Shown here: positions 35,219 to 45,225 of the stretch, piece after piece
How positions within the stretch are numbered: position 1 is the stretch's first letter
Layout of the letters: the number at the start of each line of letters is the position of its first letter
From: Gammaproteobacteria bacterium
GTDB lineage: Bacteria > Pseudomonadota > Gammaproteobacteria > Thiohalobacterales > Thiohalobacteraceae
Assembly: GCA_016218375.1 (NCBI GenBank)
Contig: JACREG010000040.1
Span: 1-51,854, forward strand
DNA length: 51,854 nt
Direction: 5' to 3'
The notes under the pieces: generated by a model
Database searches by the model: none
Seen by the model: only the letters and a program-made list of their open reading frames with translations
Told to the model about the DNA's origin: nothing
Translations under genes and position numbers: made by a program

Positions 35219-36389
35219 GAGCGGACACCTGATCGAAGAAGTGTTTCTGCACCAGCGCATCGGTGTCGAGCGGTTGTCTGAGCATGGCCCTGAGCACATT
35301 GAGGATGCGTTCGACGGCTTGGCCGTCGCCGTAGGGATTGACGACGTCGCGGCAATCGCGCGTCAGTGCTGTCTCGATGGCCGCGCGAATCGCCGCGCGG
35401 ATCGGCGCGCAGTCGATCACCGAGGTGGCGCGCAACCGGCCCTTTTGCCGGTCGCCGATGTTGACCGTGGGTTTGCCGAACGACGGCACTTCGTACAGAC
35501 CGCTGGAGGAATTGCCGACCACGGCGTCGACCTGGGCGATGGCGCTGTAATAGCGTTGATTGCCCAGCGAGGTGAAGGCGGCGGCCTGTTCCCGCGTCGC
35601 GACATAGTCGTCGATCGCGCGCGCCAGGTCGCGTCCGCCCATGTCGGCATTGGGCTTGGTGAAGATCAGACCCAGCTCCGGACCGAAGCTGTCGAGCGCT
35701 GCGAACAGTTCCCGCAGTTGCGTGTCGGCCGGTGTCGCCTCCAGCGTCGAGGGATGAAACGTCACCAGCAGATTGCGCGCGCGTAGGCGCAGGTCGAGCG
35801 CGGCTTCGAGGTGTGCACGGTCGAGCAGCGGTGTGTCTTTGAGATTATCGATGCCCGGGCTGCCGACGGTGAAGATAGCACGCGGGTCTTCGCCGAGCTG
35901 ACGCACGCGCCGCGCCGCGTCGTCGTTCGTCACGAAATGCAGATGCGCCATTTTAGTGATGCTGTGCCGGATGGCATCGTCGACGGCGCCCTCGGTGAGA
36001 TCGCCGCCGGCGATATGCGCGACCGGGATGCGCGCGAACAACGCCGCCTGGACCGCGGCCAGAATTTCGAAGCGGTCGCCGAGCACCAGCAGCAGATCGG
36101 GTTGCAGTGCGGCGAGCGCGTCGGCGCAACCGATCACGCCCAGGCCGACCGATTTGGCGACCCCGCGCGCGGTGTCGCTGGACAGCAGCATTTCCACCTG
36201 GGCATCGATGCCGAAACCGTCCGCTTCGATGGCCTGATAGGTGAGGCCGAATTCCGGCGCCAGGTGCATGCCGGTGGCCAGCACTTGCAGCGTGAAGTCG
36301 GGGGCATCGCGCAGCGCCGCCATGAGCGGACGCAGCAGACCGTAATCCGCGCGCGAACCGGTGACGATGCAGATGCGTGGCTTAGGCAT
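35205..36389 (-). CDS. Hydrolysing UDP/GDP-sugar 2-epimerase (NeuC/LegG family)
   Basis: ICIVTGSRADYGLLRPLM and HIAGGDLTEGAVDD motifs. Confidence 0.8.
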   Translation of the reverse strand: MPKPRICIVTGSRADYGLLRPLMAALRDAPDFTLQVLATGMHLAPEFGLTYQAIEADGFGIDAQVEMLLSSDTARGVAKSVGLGVIGCADALAALQPDLLLVLGDRFEILAAVQAALFARIPVAHIAGGDLTEGAVDDAIRHSITKMAHLHFVTNDDAARRVRQLGEDPRAIFTVGSPGIDNLKDTPLLDRAHLEAALDLRLRARNLLVTFHPSTLEATPADTQLRELFAALDSFGPELGLIFTKPNADMGGRDLARAIDDYVATREQAAAFTSLGNQRYYSAIAQVDAVVGNSSSGLYEVPSFGKPTVNIGDRQKGRLRATSVIDCAPIRAAIRAAIETALTRDCRDVVNPYGDGQAVERILNVLRAMLRQPLDTDALVQKHFFDQVSAHGID

Positions 36390-37602
36390 GCTCGCTGCCC
36401 GTATCGACACTACCTGTATCGACACTACTGGGCAAACAAACGAGATGCCGTTCCAGATGTTCCGCCGTGGACATGTCCATGCGCGGGCAGTCCCGATACA
36501 TGGGCAGCCGGTGCATCAGTTCCCACGCCGGTCGCACCAGAATGCCGCGTGCCTGACAGGTTTCCAATAACGCATCGCGCAGATGACCGTACGCGGGATG
36601 CAGTTGCAGTACGTTCAGCCAGTAATTGCTGCGCGTGTCCTGCGGCTCATTCACGATATGTCCCGCAGCGACCGCCGCGAAGGCGTGTTGGTAGCGTTGT
36701 GCCAGCGCGCGCTTGCGGCTGACGAAGTCGGGCAGTTGTTCCAGTTGCGCGCAACCCAGCGCGGCATTGAGATTCGGCAGCCGGTAGTTGTACGCCACTT
36801 GATCGTGCACGAACGCCCAGGGGTGCGGTTGCTTGGCGGTGGTCGTCAGATGGCGGGCGCGCTGTGCCAACGCGGCATCGTTCGTCAGTACCGCGCCGCC
36901 GCCGCCGGTGGTGACGATTTTGTTGCCGTTGAAACTCACGGCGCTGAGCAGTCCCCACTGACCGACATGCTGGTCGCGATAGAACGAACCCAAGGCCTCG
37001 GCGGCGTCTTCGATCAAGACGATGCGATAGCGCCGGCACAGTTCGGCCAGCGCATCGAGTTCGGCCGGATGACCGAAGGTGTGCATGACGATCAGTGCGC
37101 GCAGCGGGTGCCCGGTGGTGCGGTTGTAGCAGGTGTCGCCGCGCAATTCGGCGATGTCTTCCAGATAGGCGGCGAGTCGTATCGCGTCGACGCCCAGCGT
37201 GACGGGCGAGACATCGACCAGATGCGGTGTCGCGCCGCAATAACTGACGGCGTTGGCGGTGGCGACGAAAGTCAGCGTCGGCAACAACACCTCGTCGCCG
37301 GCGATGACGCCCGCGAGCAGACAGCAGACATGCAGTGCGGCGGTGCCGTTCACCACGGCGAGCGCGTGGGCGACGCCGGTGTAATCCTGTAAGGCGGTTT
37401 CGAGGCGCGTGACATAGGCGCCGACGGAGGAGACCCAGCCGGTGTCCAGACAGTCCTTCACGTAATCCCATTCGCGACCGGCGAAATGCGGCTGATGCAA
37501 CGCCACGGGGCGCGCGCTGCCGAGCACGGATTCCAGTGCGGACAGGATCGGCGCGAGGGTTTCCTCCGGCGTCAGATGTGGTAGCGATCCGCCGTGTAGC
37601 AA
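36382..37602 (-). CDS. DegT/DnrJ/EryC1-family PLP aminotransferase (LegC-like)
   Basis: NGTAALHV and SFNGNKIVTTGGGG (PLP lysine region). TTG start is uncertain. Confidence 0.8.
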   Translation of the reverse strand: MLHGGSLPHLTPEETLAPILSALESVLGSARPVALHQPHFAGREWDYVKDCLDTGWVSSVGAYVTRLETALQDYTGVAHALAVVNGTAALHVCCLLAGVIAGDEVLLPTLTFVATANAVSYCGATPHLVDVSPVTLGVDAIRLAAYLEDIAELRGDTCYNRTTGHPLRALIVMHTFGHPAELDALAELCRRYRIVLIEDAAEALGSFYRDQHVGQWGLLSAVSFNGNKIVTTGGGGAVLTNDAALAQRARHLTTTAKQPHPWAFVHDQVAYNYRLPNLNAALGCAQLEQLPDFVSRKRALAQRYQHAFAAVAAGHIVNEPQDTRSNYWLNVLQLHPAYGHLRDALLETCQARGILVRPAWELMHRLPMYRDCPRMDMSTAEHLERHLVCLPSSVDTGSVDTGSEHA

Positions 37603-38582
37603 CGCAGATTCTCCTCGTGTGTGAACCAGGCCACGGTCTCCGCCAGGCCGCGTCGAAAACCGTCGAGTCCGCCGTAACGCGGTTCCCAGCCGGTCAGCTC
37701 CAGGGCCTTGCTGCGGTCGGCGAACAGCCGTTCGACTTCGCTGTTCTCGGGGCGCAGCCGTTGCGCATCGGTTTCGATTTCGATGGTCTGGCCCATTGTG
37801 TCGGCGATGAGTTGCGCGGTGTCGCCGATACTGATCTCGAAGGCGCTGCCGAGGTTGATGACTTCACCGACGCTGCGTTCGGCCTCGGCGATGGCGATGA
37901 AACCTTGCACGGTATCGCTGACGAAATTGAAATCTCGGGTCGGATGCAGGCTGCCGAGTTTGATGCGGCGCTGGCCGTTGGCGATTTGCGTAATCACCGT
38001 GGGGATGACGGCGCGCGCCGATTGCCGTGGTCCATAGGTGTTGAACGGGCGGGCAACTGCGACCGGTGTGGCGAACGATTGATAGAACGACAAGGCCAGT
38101 TGATCGGCGCCGATCTTGCTCGCCGAGTAGGGCGATTGCCCCTGCAACGGATGCGTCTCGGTGATCGGTACGAACTGCGCGGTGCCGTAGACCTCGCTGG
38201 TCGAGGTGTGGATCACTTTCTCGACGCCGAGATCGCGTGCCGCCTGCACGACATTGAGCGTGCCCTTGATGTTGGTGTCCACATAGGTATCCGGCGAGTG
38301 ATACGAATAGGGAATGCCGATCAGCGCGGCCAGGTGCAGCACCACGTCGCAACCTTGCATAGCGGTTCTGACGCCGTGCGGGTCGCGGATATCGCCGGCG
38401 AACACGTCCAGATCCTTTTTCAACGCGGCGTCGGTGCGATCGAGCCAGCCCCAGGAGCCGAACGAGTTGTACAGGACGAAGGCGCGCACATCGTGTCCGG
38501 CGCGCAGCAGCGTTTCGGTCAGATGCGAGCCGATGAAACCGTCCGCGCCGGTGACCAGGATTTTTTTCCCCGCTAGATTCAT
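37572..38582 (-). CDS. NAD-dependent sugar 4,6-dehydratase (LegB-like SDR)
   Basis: ILVTGADGFIGSHL and YSASK catalytic motif. 336 aa from the ATG at 38582. Confidence 0.8.
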   Translation of the reverse strand: MNLAGKKILVTGADGFIGSHLTETLLRAGHDVRAFVLYNSFGSWGWLDRTDAALKKDLDVFAGDIRDPHGVRTAMQGCDVVLHLAALIGIPYSYHSPDTYVDTNIKGTLNVVQAARDLGVEKVIHTSTSEVYGTAQFVPITETHPLQGQSPYSASKIGADQLALSFYQSFATPVAVARPFNTYGPRQSARAVIPTVITQIANGQRRIKLGSLHPTRDFNFVSDTVQGFIAIAEAERSVGEVINLGSAFEISIGDTAQLIADTMGQTIEIETDAQRLRPENSEVERLFADRSKALELTGWEPRYGGLDGFRRGLAETVAWFTHEENLRCYTADRYHI

Positions 38583-38589
38583 AGCCGCC

Positions 38590-41112
38590 TCATGCCTGCT
38601 GTTCACGGACAGCGTCGAGCGATTGGAGCAGCGACAGTGCCGCTTGGTTCTGGGGCGAGCGCTCCAGTACATAGGTGAAGGCCCAGCGCGCGCCGTCTTC
38701 GATGCCTTGTTCCTGATACAGTTGGCCGAGCTTGAGCATGGCGGCGACATCGTCGGGCACTTGTTCCAGGTAGCGCGAATAGATATCCGCTGCCTCTTGT
38801 GCGCCGCCGCCCAGACGCAGCAATTCCGCATACTGCGGCAGATAGCTGGGCGACAGATGACCGAGACATTCCAATGCCAGCAGGGCGCTGGAGAAGTCGG
38901 CCTGTCCCAGACTCAGGGCGCTGATGCGGCGTAACGCATCCTCCAGCGCCGGACCTTCCGCGATGTTTTGATAACAGCCCAGCGCATCCTCGGGACGGCC
39001 TTCGAGCTCGGCGAGATAACCGCTGGCCAGCCACAAGGGCGCTTGATCCTCGGCAGTGATTTTTTGCAATCCGGTTACCAAGCGCTGTAGACCGGCGCTG
39101 TCCTTGTGCCGAAACAACCAACTGGCCTTGCTGGGGACGTTGCTCAGTCCCGCCTCGGTTTTACAGCGGGTCATGTGCGCCGTGTCCATGGACTCCAGCA
39201 CCTGTCGGAAACTGTCTTCCGCGGTCGCGAGCGCGGCGGCCGCGTCGGCGGGAAGCGCGGCGGCCTGTGCCGGATGTTGGTGAGTCCAGACACGCACACG
39301 GCCAGCTTCGTTGAAGCTCGCCCAGTCGTTGACCAAGCGCAGGCAATCGGGCGTGGCGCTTTCTTCGGCAAGACGCGTGGCGAGCCGTTGCCGGATTGTC
39401 TTCAGGGTTTCCAGAAAACGGGTCGTGCCTTCCAGATAGGCTTCGTAATAGAGACGGCCGGTGGTTTCGATTTCCGCGTCGGTCCAGGCCTTGTCGCGGT
39501 CCGGGCGAATGACGCGCAGAAACGGCGTGATGCCATAGTGCTTGACCAGATCGGCGATGCCTTTGAAATCTTTTTCCAGGCGCTTCTCGATTTTGTCCAT
39601 CTTGTGCTTGTACTTGAAATCCGGCGACTGACCGTTGCGACCGAACAGTCCGTCGTTGCAGTGCAGCGCTTCCTGGGCGAGTTCCGCGATCTTATGCACG
39701 CGTCGCTCGGTGGCGGCGACTTCCTTGTCGAGACGTTGATAGTAGCCAAGCCGTGTTGTCGCGTCGGCGTCGGGCACATACCGGGCGAGTATTTCCCGCG
39801 CGTCTTCATTCAGGGGCTCGCCATCCAGTGTGGTCAGTTGGATCGCATCGAGCGATCGATGCAGGACGTTGGGTATACATGCGGCGTTCGGCGCCGGGTT
39901 GATGAACTGGCAACCGCGTTCCTGCGCGGCATACGCCTGGCGCGCGATATCGTTGACCGCTTGCTGCAAGGCATCCGAGGTCTCGGCCATGTGGCCGCTG
40001 TTGGTGATGATTTGCGGCCCCATATGACCGAGTGCCGGGCCGGCGATACGTTCGTTGCTGCCCGCGGCATGGCTGTAGCCTTCGGCGCTGAAGCAAAGAT
40101 CCACGCCGCCCAGAATCACTTGGTTAAAGCCCATTTCCATGGCCAATGCCAGGGCCGTGTTGGTGACGGTGGGGCCGATCACCTGGAGATTGGGTTCGTT
40201 CAGATCGCTCGGCCACGGCAGCCGTTCGCCGAGATACACGTAGCGACCGCACCACTGACTCAGCAGCGGAGGGCTGGCGTGGTAGGCGCCGACCAGCAGG
40301 ACATCGTCGCCGAATTTCAGCATCTCTTTGCTGACGTCGAAACTGAGCGAGGTGGGATCGATGGTGCAGACGATATCCGGTGCGATGCCTTCTTCCTGCA
40401 AGCGCCGGCACACGCGCGAGACGGCGAAGACCACCAGTTCGCGGCGATGCTGTTTGAGCCACGGCAGGATGTCGTCGAGCGAGGGACCGCCGCCGAGCAG
40501 AATGGCGGTGCGGCCCGGAAAGCTATCCTTGAGGCGGATGGCCGGTATCTGCGCCTGCGCGGCATTGACGAGCTGACAGTCGATAAATCTGCTGGATTTC
40601 AGCGTTCCGCGCAGTGCCCAGATCCAGGTGTCCAATTCGGTTTTCACGCGCCGGTACAGCAGCCGGTAGTCGGGCAGAAAGGCATCGGCCGCACCGACCG
40701 AATTCAACAAGCGCAAACGGTCGATGTAGACATAGCTGTCGAGAGAAAAATCCTGCGCATGCCGATACCAACCGTCCGCGGGCACGATTTTGATCCGCGG
40801 ATCGAGTTCCAGATCGGCGAGACGTTCCTGGATGCGCGGCAGCAGCTCGGGGAGTTCGATAAACAGGAAACGACTGCCCGCGGGCACGCCTTGCCGATGC
40901 ACCTGTTCGAGCAACAGACCGGAGTCGCTGCCGATGACGATGTTCAGCGTGTCCTCGTCGCGGAGTTTGTCGCCGAAATGCTGTTGAAAAACCGCCTGGG
41001 CGCCGATTGTGGCAAAGGCCGTGCGATTGACGGCATGCAGGTAACGCTCCCCGAACGCGTTGCTGACGAAGGGGGCGGTTGCGATATCCGGCTCTATGGG
41101 ACTACTGGCCAA
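38590..41112 (-). CDS. maf: Motility accessory factor (Maf, DUF115) flagellin glycosyltransferase with C-terminal TPR-like repeats
   Basis: 840 aa. Central DUF115 core (AILLGGGPSLDDILPWL...DIVCTIDPT). C-terminal helical repeats. Divergent from fliC. Confidence 0.75.
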   Translation of the reverse strand: MASSPIEPDIATAPFVSNAFGERYLHAVNRTAFATIGAQAVFQQHFGDKLRDEDTLNIVIGSDSGLLLEQVHRQGVPAGSRFLFIELPELLPRIQERLADLELDPRIKIVPADGWYRHAQDFSLDSYVYIDRLRLLNSVGAADAFLPDYRLLYRRVKTELDTWIWALRGTLKSSRFIDCQLVNAAQAQIPAIRLKDSFPGRTAILLGGGPSLDDILPWLKQHRRELVVFAVSRVCRRLQEEGIAPDIVCTIDPTSLSFDVSKEMLKFGDDVLLVGAYHASPPLLSQWCGRYVYLGERLPWPSDLNEPNLQVIGPTVTNTALALAMEMGFNQVILGGVDLCFSAEGYSHAAGSNERIAGPALGHMGPQIITNSGHMAETSDALQQAVNDIARQAYAAQERGCQFINPAPNAACIPNVLHRSLDAIQLTTLDGEPLNEDAREILARYVPDADATTRLGYYQRLDKEVAATERRVHKIAELAQEALHCNDGLFGRNGQSPDFKYKHKMDKIEKRLEKDFKGIADLVKHYGITPFLRVIRPDRDKAWTDAEIETTGRLYYEAYLEGTTRFLETLKTIRQRLATRLAEESATPDCLRLVNDWASFNEAGRVRVWTHQHPAQAAALPADAAAALATAEDSFRQVLESMDTAHMTRCKTEAGLSNVPSKASWLFRHKDSAGLQRLVTGLQKITAEDQAPLWLASGYLAELEGRPEDALGCYQNIAEGPALEDALRRISALSLGQADFSSALLALECLGHLSPSYLPQYAELLRLGGGAQEAADIYSRYLEQVPDDVAAMLKLGQLYQEQGIEDGARWAFTYVLERSPQNQAALSLLQSLDAVREQQA

Positions 41113-41246
41113 GGGGTTTCTCCAACGGCATTTTCATGACTGTATTGGTCTTTTTAGCAAGCACCATGCCACTGCCGGCGATACGGTTGCCGGGGGCGGG
41201 CGGGGTGGAAGACAGCGGGGGCGCTGTCTGGCGATGAGGGGGGCTT

Positions 41247-41273
41247 TAAAGTTTCTGTCCAGGGGGACGATAG
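41247..41273 (+). promoter_or_regulatory. Sigma28 promoter for fliC
   Basis: TAAAGTTT-N11-GACGATAG, ~105 nt upstream of the fliC ATG. Confidence 0.7.
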
Positions 41274-41379
41274 CAAAGTCGGGAGCGGTGAATATTTCCT
41301 TACTTGGAAGTATATCCGCTGAATATTGACTCTCCCGCCGGAGGCCTAGCTCCGCTGGCGGGTATTGAGGAGAGACATC

Positions 41380-42213
41380 ATGGCTCAAGTTATTAATACT
41401 AATGTTATGTCCCTGAACTCGCAGCGCGCCCTGAGCAGTTCGCAGGGTTCGCTGATGACCTCGCTGCAACGCCTGTCCACCGGCCTGCGCATCAACAGTG
41501 CCAAGGACGACGCCGCCGGTTTGGCTATCGCCACCGGTCTGACCAAACAGATCAACGGGTTCAATCAGGCCATTCGCAATGCCAATGATGGTATTTCGCT
41601 GGCGCAGACCGCAGAAGCGGCTCTGGACGAAGTGACCAACATGGTCCAACGCGTACGCGAGCTGGCGGTGCAGGCAGCCAACGGCAACTATACGTCGACC
41701 GAACGCAGCACGCTGAACAAGGAAGTCACCCAGTTGCGCCAGGAAATTTCCCGTATGGCGGATGCCGTGACCTTCAACGGTGTGAAGGTCATCGGTTCGA
41801 CCCAGTCCGCAGGTTTCCAGGTCGGTATCGGCAATACTTCGGCGAACGATCGTATCAAACTGCAGTTCAAGGACATTGCCGGTGCGAGCGGTATCACCTC
41901 GTTCATCACCAACGCCGGTGTTGGCACGGTCGCCGACGCTTACAGCACCATCACGGTGGCCGACACCGCGCTGGCCCGCATCAACGTGATCCGTGGCGAT
42001 ATGGGTGCCCAGCAGAATCGGTTCGAGTCCGCTGTGCGGTCCAGCGAAGCCGCGGTGACCAGTCTGAGTGCCTCGCGCAGCCGTGTCATGGATACGGACT
42101 TCGCATTGGAAACCGCCAATCTGACCCGTGCCCAGATCCTGCAGCAGGCAGGTACGGCAATGCTGGGTCAGGCCAACGCAGTTCCGCAGAACGTCCTGTC
42201 GCTGCTGCGGTAA
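41380..42213 (+). CDS. fliC: Flagellin (short, 277 aa)
   Basis: [18 protein letters not shown]...[20 protein letters not shown] at the N-terminus. [30 protein letters not shown] at the C-terminus. Confidence 0.9.
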   Translation: MAQVINTNVMSLNSQRALSSSQGSLMTSLQRLSTGLRINSAKDDAAGLAIATGLTKQINGFNQAIRNANDGISLAQTAEAALDEVTNMVQRVRELAVQAANGNYTSTERSTLNKEVTQLRQEISRMADAVTFNGVKVIGSTQSAGFQVGIGNTSANDRIKLQFKDIAGASGITSFITNAGVGTVADAYSTITVADTALARINVIRGDMGAQQNRFESAVRSSEAAVTSLSASRSRVMDTDFALETANLTRAQILQQAGTAMLGQANAVPQNVLSLLR

Positions 42214-42228
42214 TAGGTCTATACCGGT

Positions 42229-42250
42229 GGCCCGGGGACATCCCCGGGCC
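42229..42250 (+). terminator. GC hairpin after fliC (possible terminator or attenuator)
   Basis: ggcccgggga-ca-tccccgggcc. No U-tract. Confidence 0.35.
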
Positions 42251-42283
42251 ATCCCCGGTTCTGACTAAAGCGAGGCAACGCTT

Positions 42284-42673
42284 ATGTCCAACACGATTCT
42301 CCAAACAGGTCCGGTACGCGATATGGCAATCAATTCTCGATCGGCGGCAACCGATGCGACTGCCAAACGTGCCGGCGGTAATTCCTTGCCGGTCGGCGGC
42401 GAGGTCAAACCGCCTACCGAGCGCCAAGTGGTCGAGAAGGTGGCCGAAACGGACGTTTCACATGCGGTGCGCAAGTTGAGCGATTACGTGCAGAACATGA
42501 GTCGGGAACTGCATATCAGCGTCGACGAAGAGTCGGGGCGCACGGTTATACGGGTGATTGACCCGAATTCCAAGGAAGTGATCCGCCAAATTCCCCAGGA
42601 AGAGATCCTGGCATTGGCCCGTGGCGGCATGGATGACAAAGATCGAGGTCGTTTATTGCGAGCGCAGGCCTGA
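42284..42673 (+). CDS. flaG: FlaG protein
   Basis: 129 aa. C-terminal RELHISVDEESGRTVIRVIDPNSKEVIRQIPQEEILAL, typical of FlaG. Confidence 0.8.
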   Translation: MSNTILQTGPVRDMAINSRSAATDATAKRAGGNSLPVGGEVKPPTERQVVEKVAETDVSHAVRKLSDYVQNMSRELHISVDEESGRTVIRVIDPNSKEVIRQIPQEEILALARGGMDDKDRGRLLRAQA

Positions 42674-42675
42674 AT

Positions 42676-42691
42676 TGGTCTGCATTTTGCT
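42676..42691 (+). promoter_or_regulatory. Sigma54-like promoter for fliD
   Basis: TGGTCT-GCATT-TTGCT. GG and GC elements are at the correct spacing. Confidence 0.45.
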
Positions 42692-42739
42692 TTAAGCGTA
42701 ACAGGCAGTTTTGTTGTCCGCTCGGTTTAGGGGTTTGTC

Positions 42740-44080
42740 ATGGCTACGCTTGCAGTCTCAGGTTTGGGTTCGGGGCTCGATGTCAACGGGATCGTTACCA
42801 GTCTGATGGCGGTCGAGCGCCAGCCGTTGAATCAATTGGAAGCCCAGAAGAAAACGTTCCAGACTCAGTTAAGCGGTTATGGCCAACTGAAGAGCGCGCT
42901 TTCCACATTCCAGTCGGCGATGGACGACCTCGGCGACATCGAGAAATTTCAGGTCTTTTCCGCAACGTCATCGGCTACCTCTGTATTTACGGCATCGGCC
43001 ACCAGTGCCGCTGCGGCCGGTAATTATTCCGTTGTCGTGACTCAATTGGCCCGGGCGCACAAAATGGCGTCTGGGTTGACCGGTATTGCAGATGAGTCGA
43101 CCACCACCGGCGCAACGGGGACGTTGCAGATCGCCGTCGGCGCAGGCGCTTTTTCCGTGGTTATCGACGGTACCAATAACACCCTCGCTGGAATCCGCGA
43201 TGCCATCAATACTGCCAGCGACAACACCGGCGTTACCGCGACCATATTGAATATTGACGATGGCGCAGGCGGCACCGAGAGTCGACTGGTGTTGACCTCG
43301 GATGAGACCGGCACTGCCAACAGTCTTACCGTCAGCGATGTCAGCGGCAATGTGGCCACTACCCTGGCGATGGCCACCGTCACCGGCCAAGGTGCGTTGG
43401 ATGCTACGTTGACCGTGGATGGTTTCGATATAACCAGTTCCTCCAACACAGTGACAGGTGCGATTCAGGGCGTGACACTGGATATTGCTGCGACTGGGAG
43501 TGGCACGCTGCAACTCGCATACGATACGGATGCGGTCAAAGAATCGATGAACGCCTTTGTCAAGGCATATAATGCATTGCGCTCGACGGTCTCGACTCTC
43601 AAAGGTGGAAATCTTAAAGGGGATAATACCCTGCTGAGCGTGCAGTCGCTGATGCGCGATACGTTGAATACTGCGCCTACGGGTTTAACAACCAGCCTGG
43701 ACACGTTATCCCAGATCGGTATCAAGACCGAACGGAACGGTGATCTCTCGCTCAATACCAGCGAACTCGATGCCGCGCTCGCCAGCGATTATGCGGGTGT
43801 GGCGGAACTCATGGCCAATGACGATCAAGGCTATGCGTTTCGTTTGGAGGCGCTGGCGAATGACATGCTCGATATCGATGGTTTGATCGACTCGCGTACC
43901 GATGGCATAGATTCGCGCATAAATACATTGGATGATCGAATTGACAACATGGAATATCGTCTGGAGCTTATCGAGGCCCGCTATCGCAGCCAATTCGCGG
44001 CGCTCGACTCCATGTTGTCGGGGTTGCAATCCACAAGTGCATTCCTGTCGCAGCAATTGTCGAATCTGCCGGGGTCTTAG
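42740..44080 (+). CDS. fliD: Filament cap FliD
   Basis: SGLGSGLDVNGIVTSLMAVERQPL at the N-terminus and RYRSQFAALDSMLSGLQSTSAFL at the C-terminus. Confidence 0.9.
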   Translation: MATLAVSGLGSGLDVNGIVTSLMAVERQPLNQLEAQKKTFQTQLSGYGQLKSALSTFQSAMDDLGDIEKFQVFSATSSATSVFTASATSAAAAGNYSVVVTQLARAHKMASGLTGIADESTTTGATGTLQIAVGAGAFSVVIDGTNNTLAGIRDAINTASDNTGVTATILNIDDGAGGTESRLVLTSDETGTANSLTVSDVSGNVATTLAMATVTGQGALDATLTVDGFDITSSSNTVTGAIQGVTLDIAATGSGTLQLAYDTDAVKESMNAFVKAYNALRSTVSTLKGGNLKGDNTLLSVQSLMRDTLNTAPTGLTTSLDTLSQIGIKTERNGDLSLNTSELDAALASDYAGVAELMANDDQGYAFRLEALANDMLDIDGLIDSRTDGIDSRINTLDDRIDNMEYRLELIEARYRSQFAALDSMLSGLQSTSAFLSQQLSNLPGS

Positions 44081-44139
44081 CGCCCGGTCGAATGGCGACG
44101 GAATTGGAAATGGAATAATTCAGATAATGAGGTATTACG

Positions 44140-44574
44140 ATGAACCCAACACATAATACGCAGCGCGGAGTCGCCGCCTATGCCCATGTCTCTGTGCAAT
44201 GCGGTGTCAGTTCGGCTAGCCCCCATCGGCTTGTGCAAATGCTGATGGAAGGGGCGCTCGACCGGATCGCAACCGCGAAGGGATGTCTGGAGCGCAAACA
44301 GGTCGCGGCGAAAGCCCAGCAAATCGGCATGGCGATTTCGATCGTGAGCGGTCTCCGCGCCAGTTTGGATATGGATGCCGGGAAGGAAATCGCCCAGAAC
44401 CTCGACGACCTCTATGCTTATATGGAGCGTCGGTTGTTCGAAGCCAACCTGCGCAACGATACGTCGATCCTGGATGAGGTGACTGGGTTGATCACACAGA
44501 TCAAAGAGGCCTGGGATGCGATCGGCGATCAAGTCAATACGCCGGCCCTGCCCAATAGTGCCGTCGGCGCTTGA
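44140..44574 (+). CDS. fliS: Flagellin chaperone FliS
   Basis: ASPHRLVQMLMEGALDRIATAKG...NLDDLYAYMERRL. Confidence 0.85.
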   Translation: MNPTHNTQRGVAAYAHVSVQCGVSSASPHRLVQMLMEGALDRIATAKGCLERKQVAAKAQQIGMAISIVSGLRASLDMDAGKEIAQNLDDLYAYMERRLFEANLRNDTSILDEVTGLITQIKEAWDAIGDQVNTPALPNSAVGA

Positions 44575-44580
44575 GTCCGG

Positions 44581-44907
44581 TTGTTACCGAGCATGACCGA
44601 GCACGACGCAGGCGATATCGCTCAACTCCGAAGGCTGACTCGGGAGTTGCTCGATAGCGCCACTGCCGGCGATTGGGATACTGCGATTGCAATAGAAGTC
44701 GATAGACGACCGCTGCTGTCCCGCGTATTTGCGGCGGGGACGTCCGATACTCAAGACGAGTACCGGATACTGCTCAATGAAATCCTGTCCGTGGATCGGG
44801 AAATCATGCGTCTAACGCAGCTCCGTCGGGACGAAGTGGCGGGTGTACTGCGCCAGGTAGCGCAAGGTCGTTCCGGTTGCCAAGCGTATGAGAGCAACAG
44901 TCGCTAA
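44581..44907 (+). CDS. FliT-like small helical protein (possible FliD chaperone)
   Basis: ~104-108 aa helical ORF in the position where Pseudomonas-type clusters carry fliT. Start is TTG 44581 or ATG 44593. Sequence similarity was not verifiable by eye. Confidence 0.45.
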   Translation: MLPSMTEHDAGDIAQLRRLTRELLDSATAGDWDTAIAIEVDRRPLLSRVFAAGTSDTQDEYRILLNEILSVDREIMRLTQLRRDEVAGVLRQVAQGRSGCQAYESNSR

Positions 44908-45015
44908 TCGCGTTCATCGCTCGATGGGTTTCCCCGCCAACGGCTGATTATTAGGTCAAATTGCCCCATCCCGCTGTCTATTATTCCCCCACGCCCTGCC
45001 GGACTGGATTGATTC

Positions 45016-45030
45016 GTCAGCAATTTTGAC
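45016..45030. promoter_or_regulatory. FleQ-box-like palindrome 1
   Basis: GTCAGCAATTTTGAC. Compare the published FleQ box GTCaNTAAATTGAC. Confidence 0.3.
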
Positions 45031-45225
45031 GATAGCCAGCGTGTTTGGACGTCTCCATCCGTTAGCGTCACTACCCGTGTATTTTTATGTAGTCTAATGA
45101 GTGGGTTGCTGATAAAGTTTCAGGTATCCACCTAATCGTCTCCCGTGACTTCCAGAGATGCTTGGATATTAGTGTCCTGGTAGACAGGATTGGTGGGGGA
45201 GTATATTAGGAGGCGCTAACGATAC

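Noticed and set aside
39106-41139. 677-aa ORF antisense to maf. Similar antisense ORFs occur at 32044-33216, 33213-34163, 35811-36722, 36583-37392 and 37536-38576 across the glycosylation island, and at 50099-51778 antisense to fliF.
   Set aside because: For the same reason: the sense strand carries well-supported genes with overlapping stop/start coupling, and the antisense products are low-complexity.
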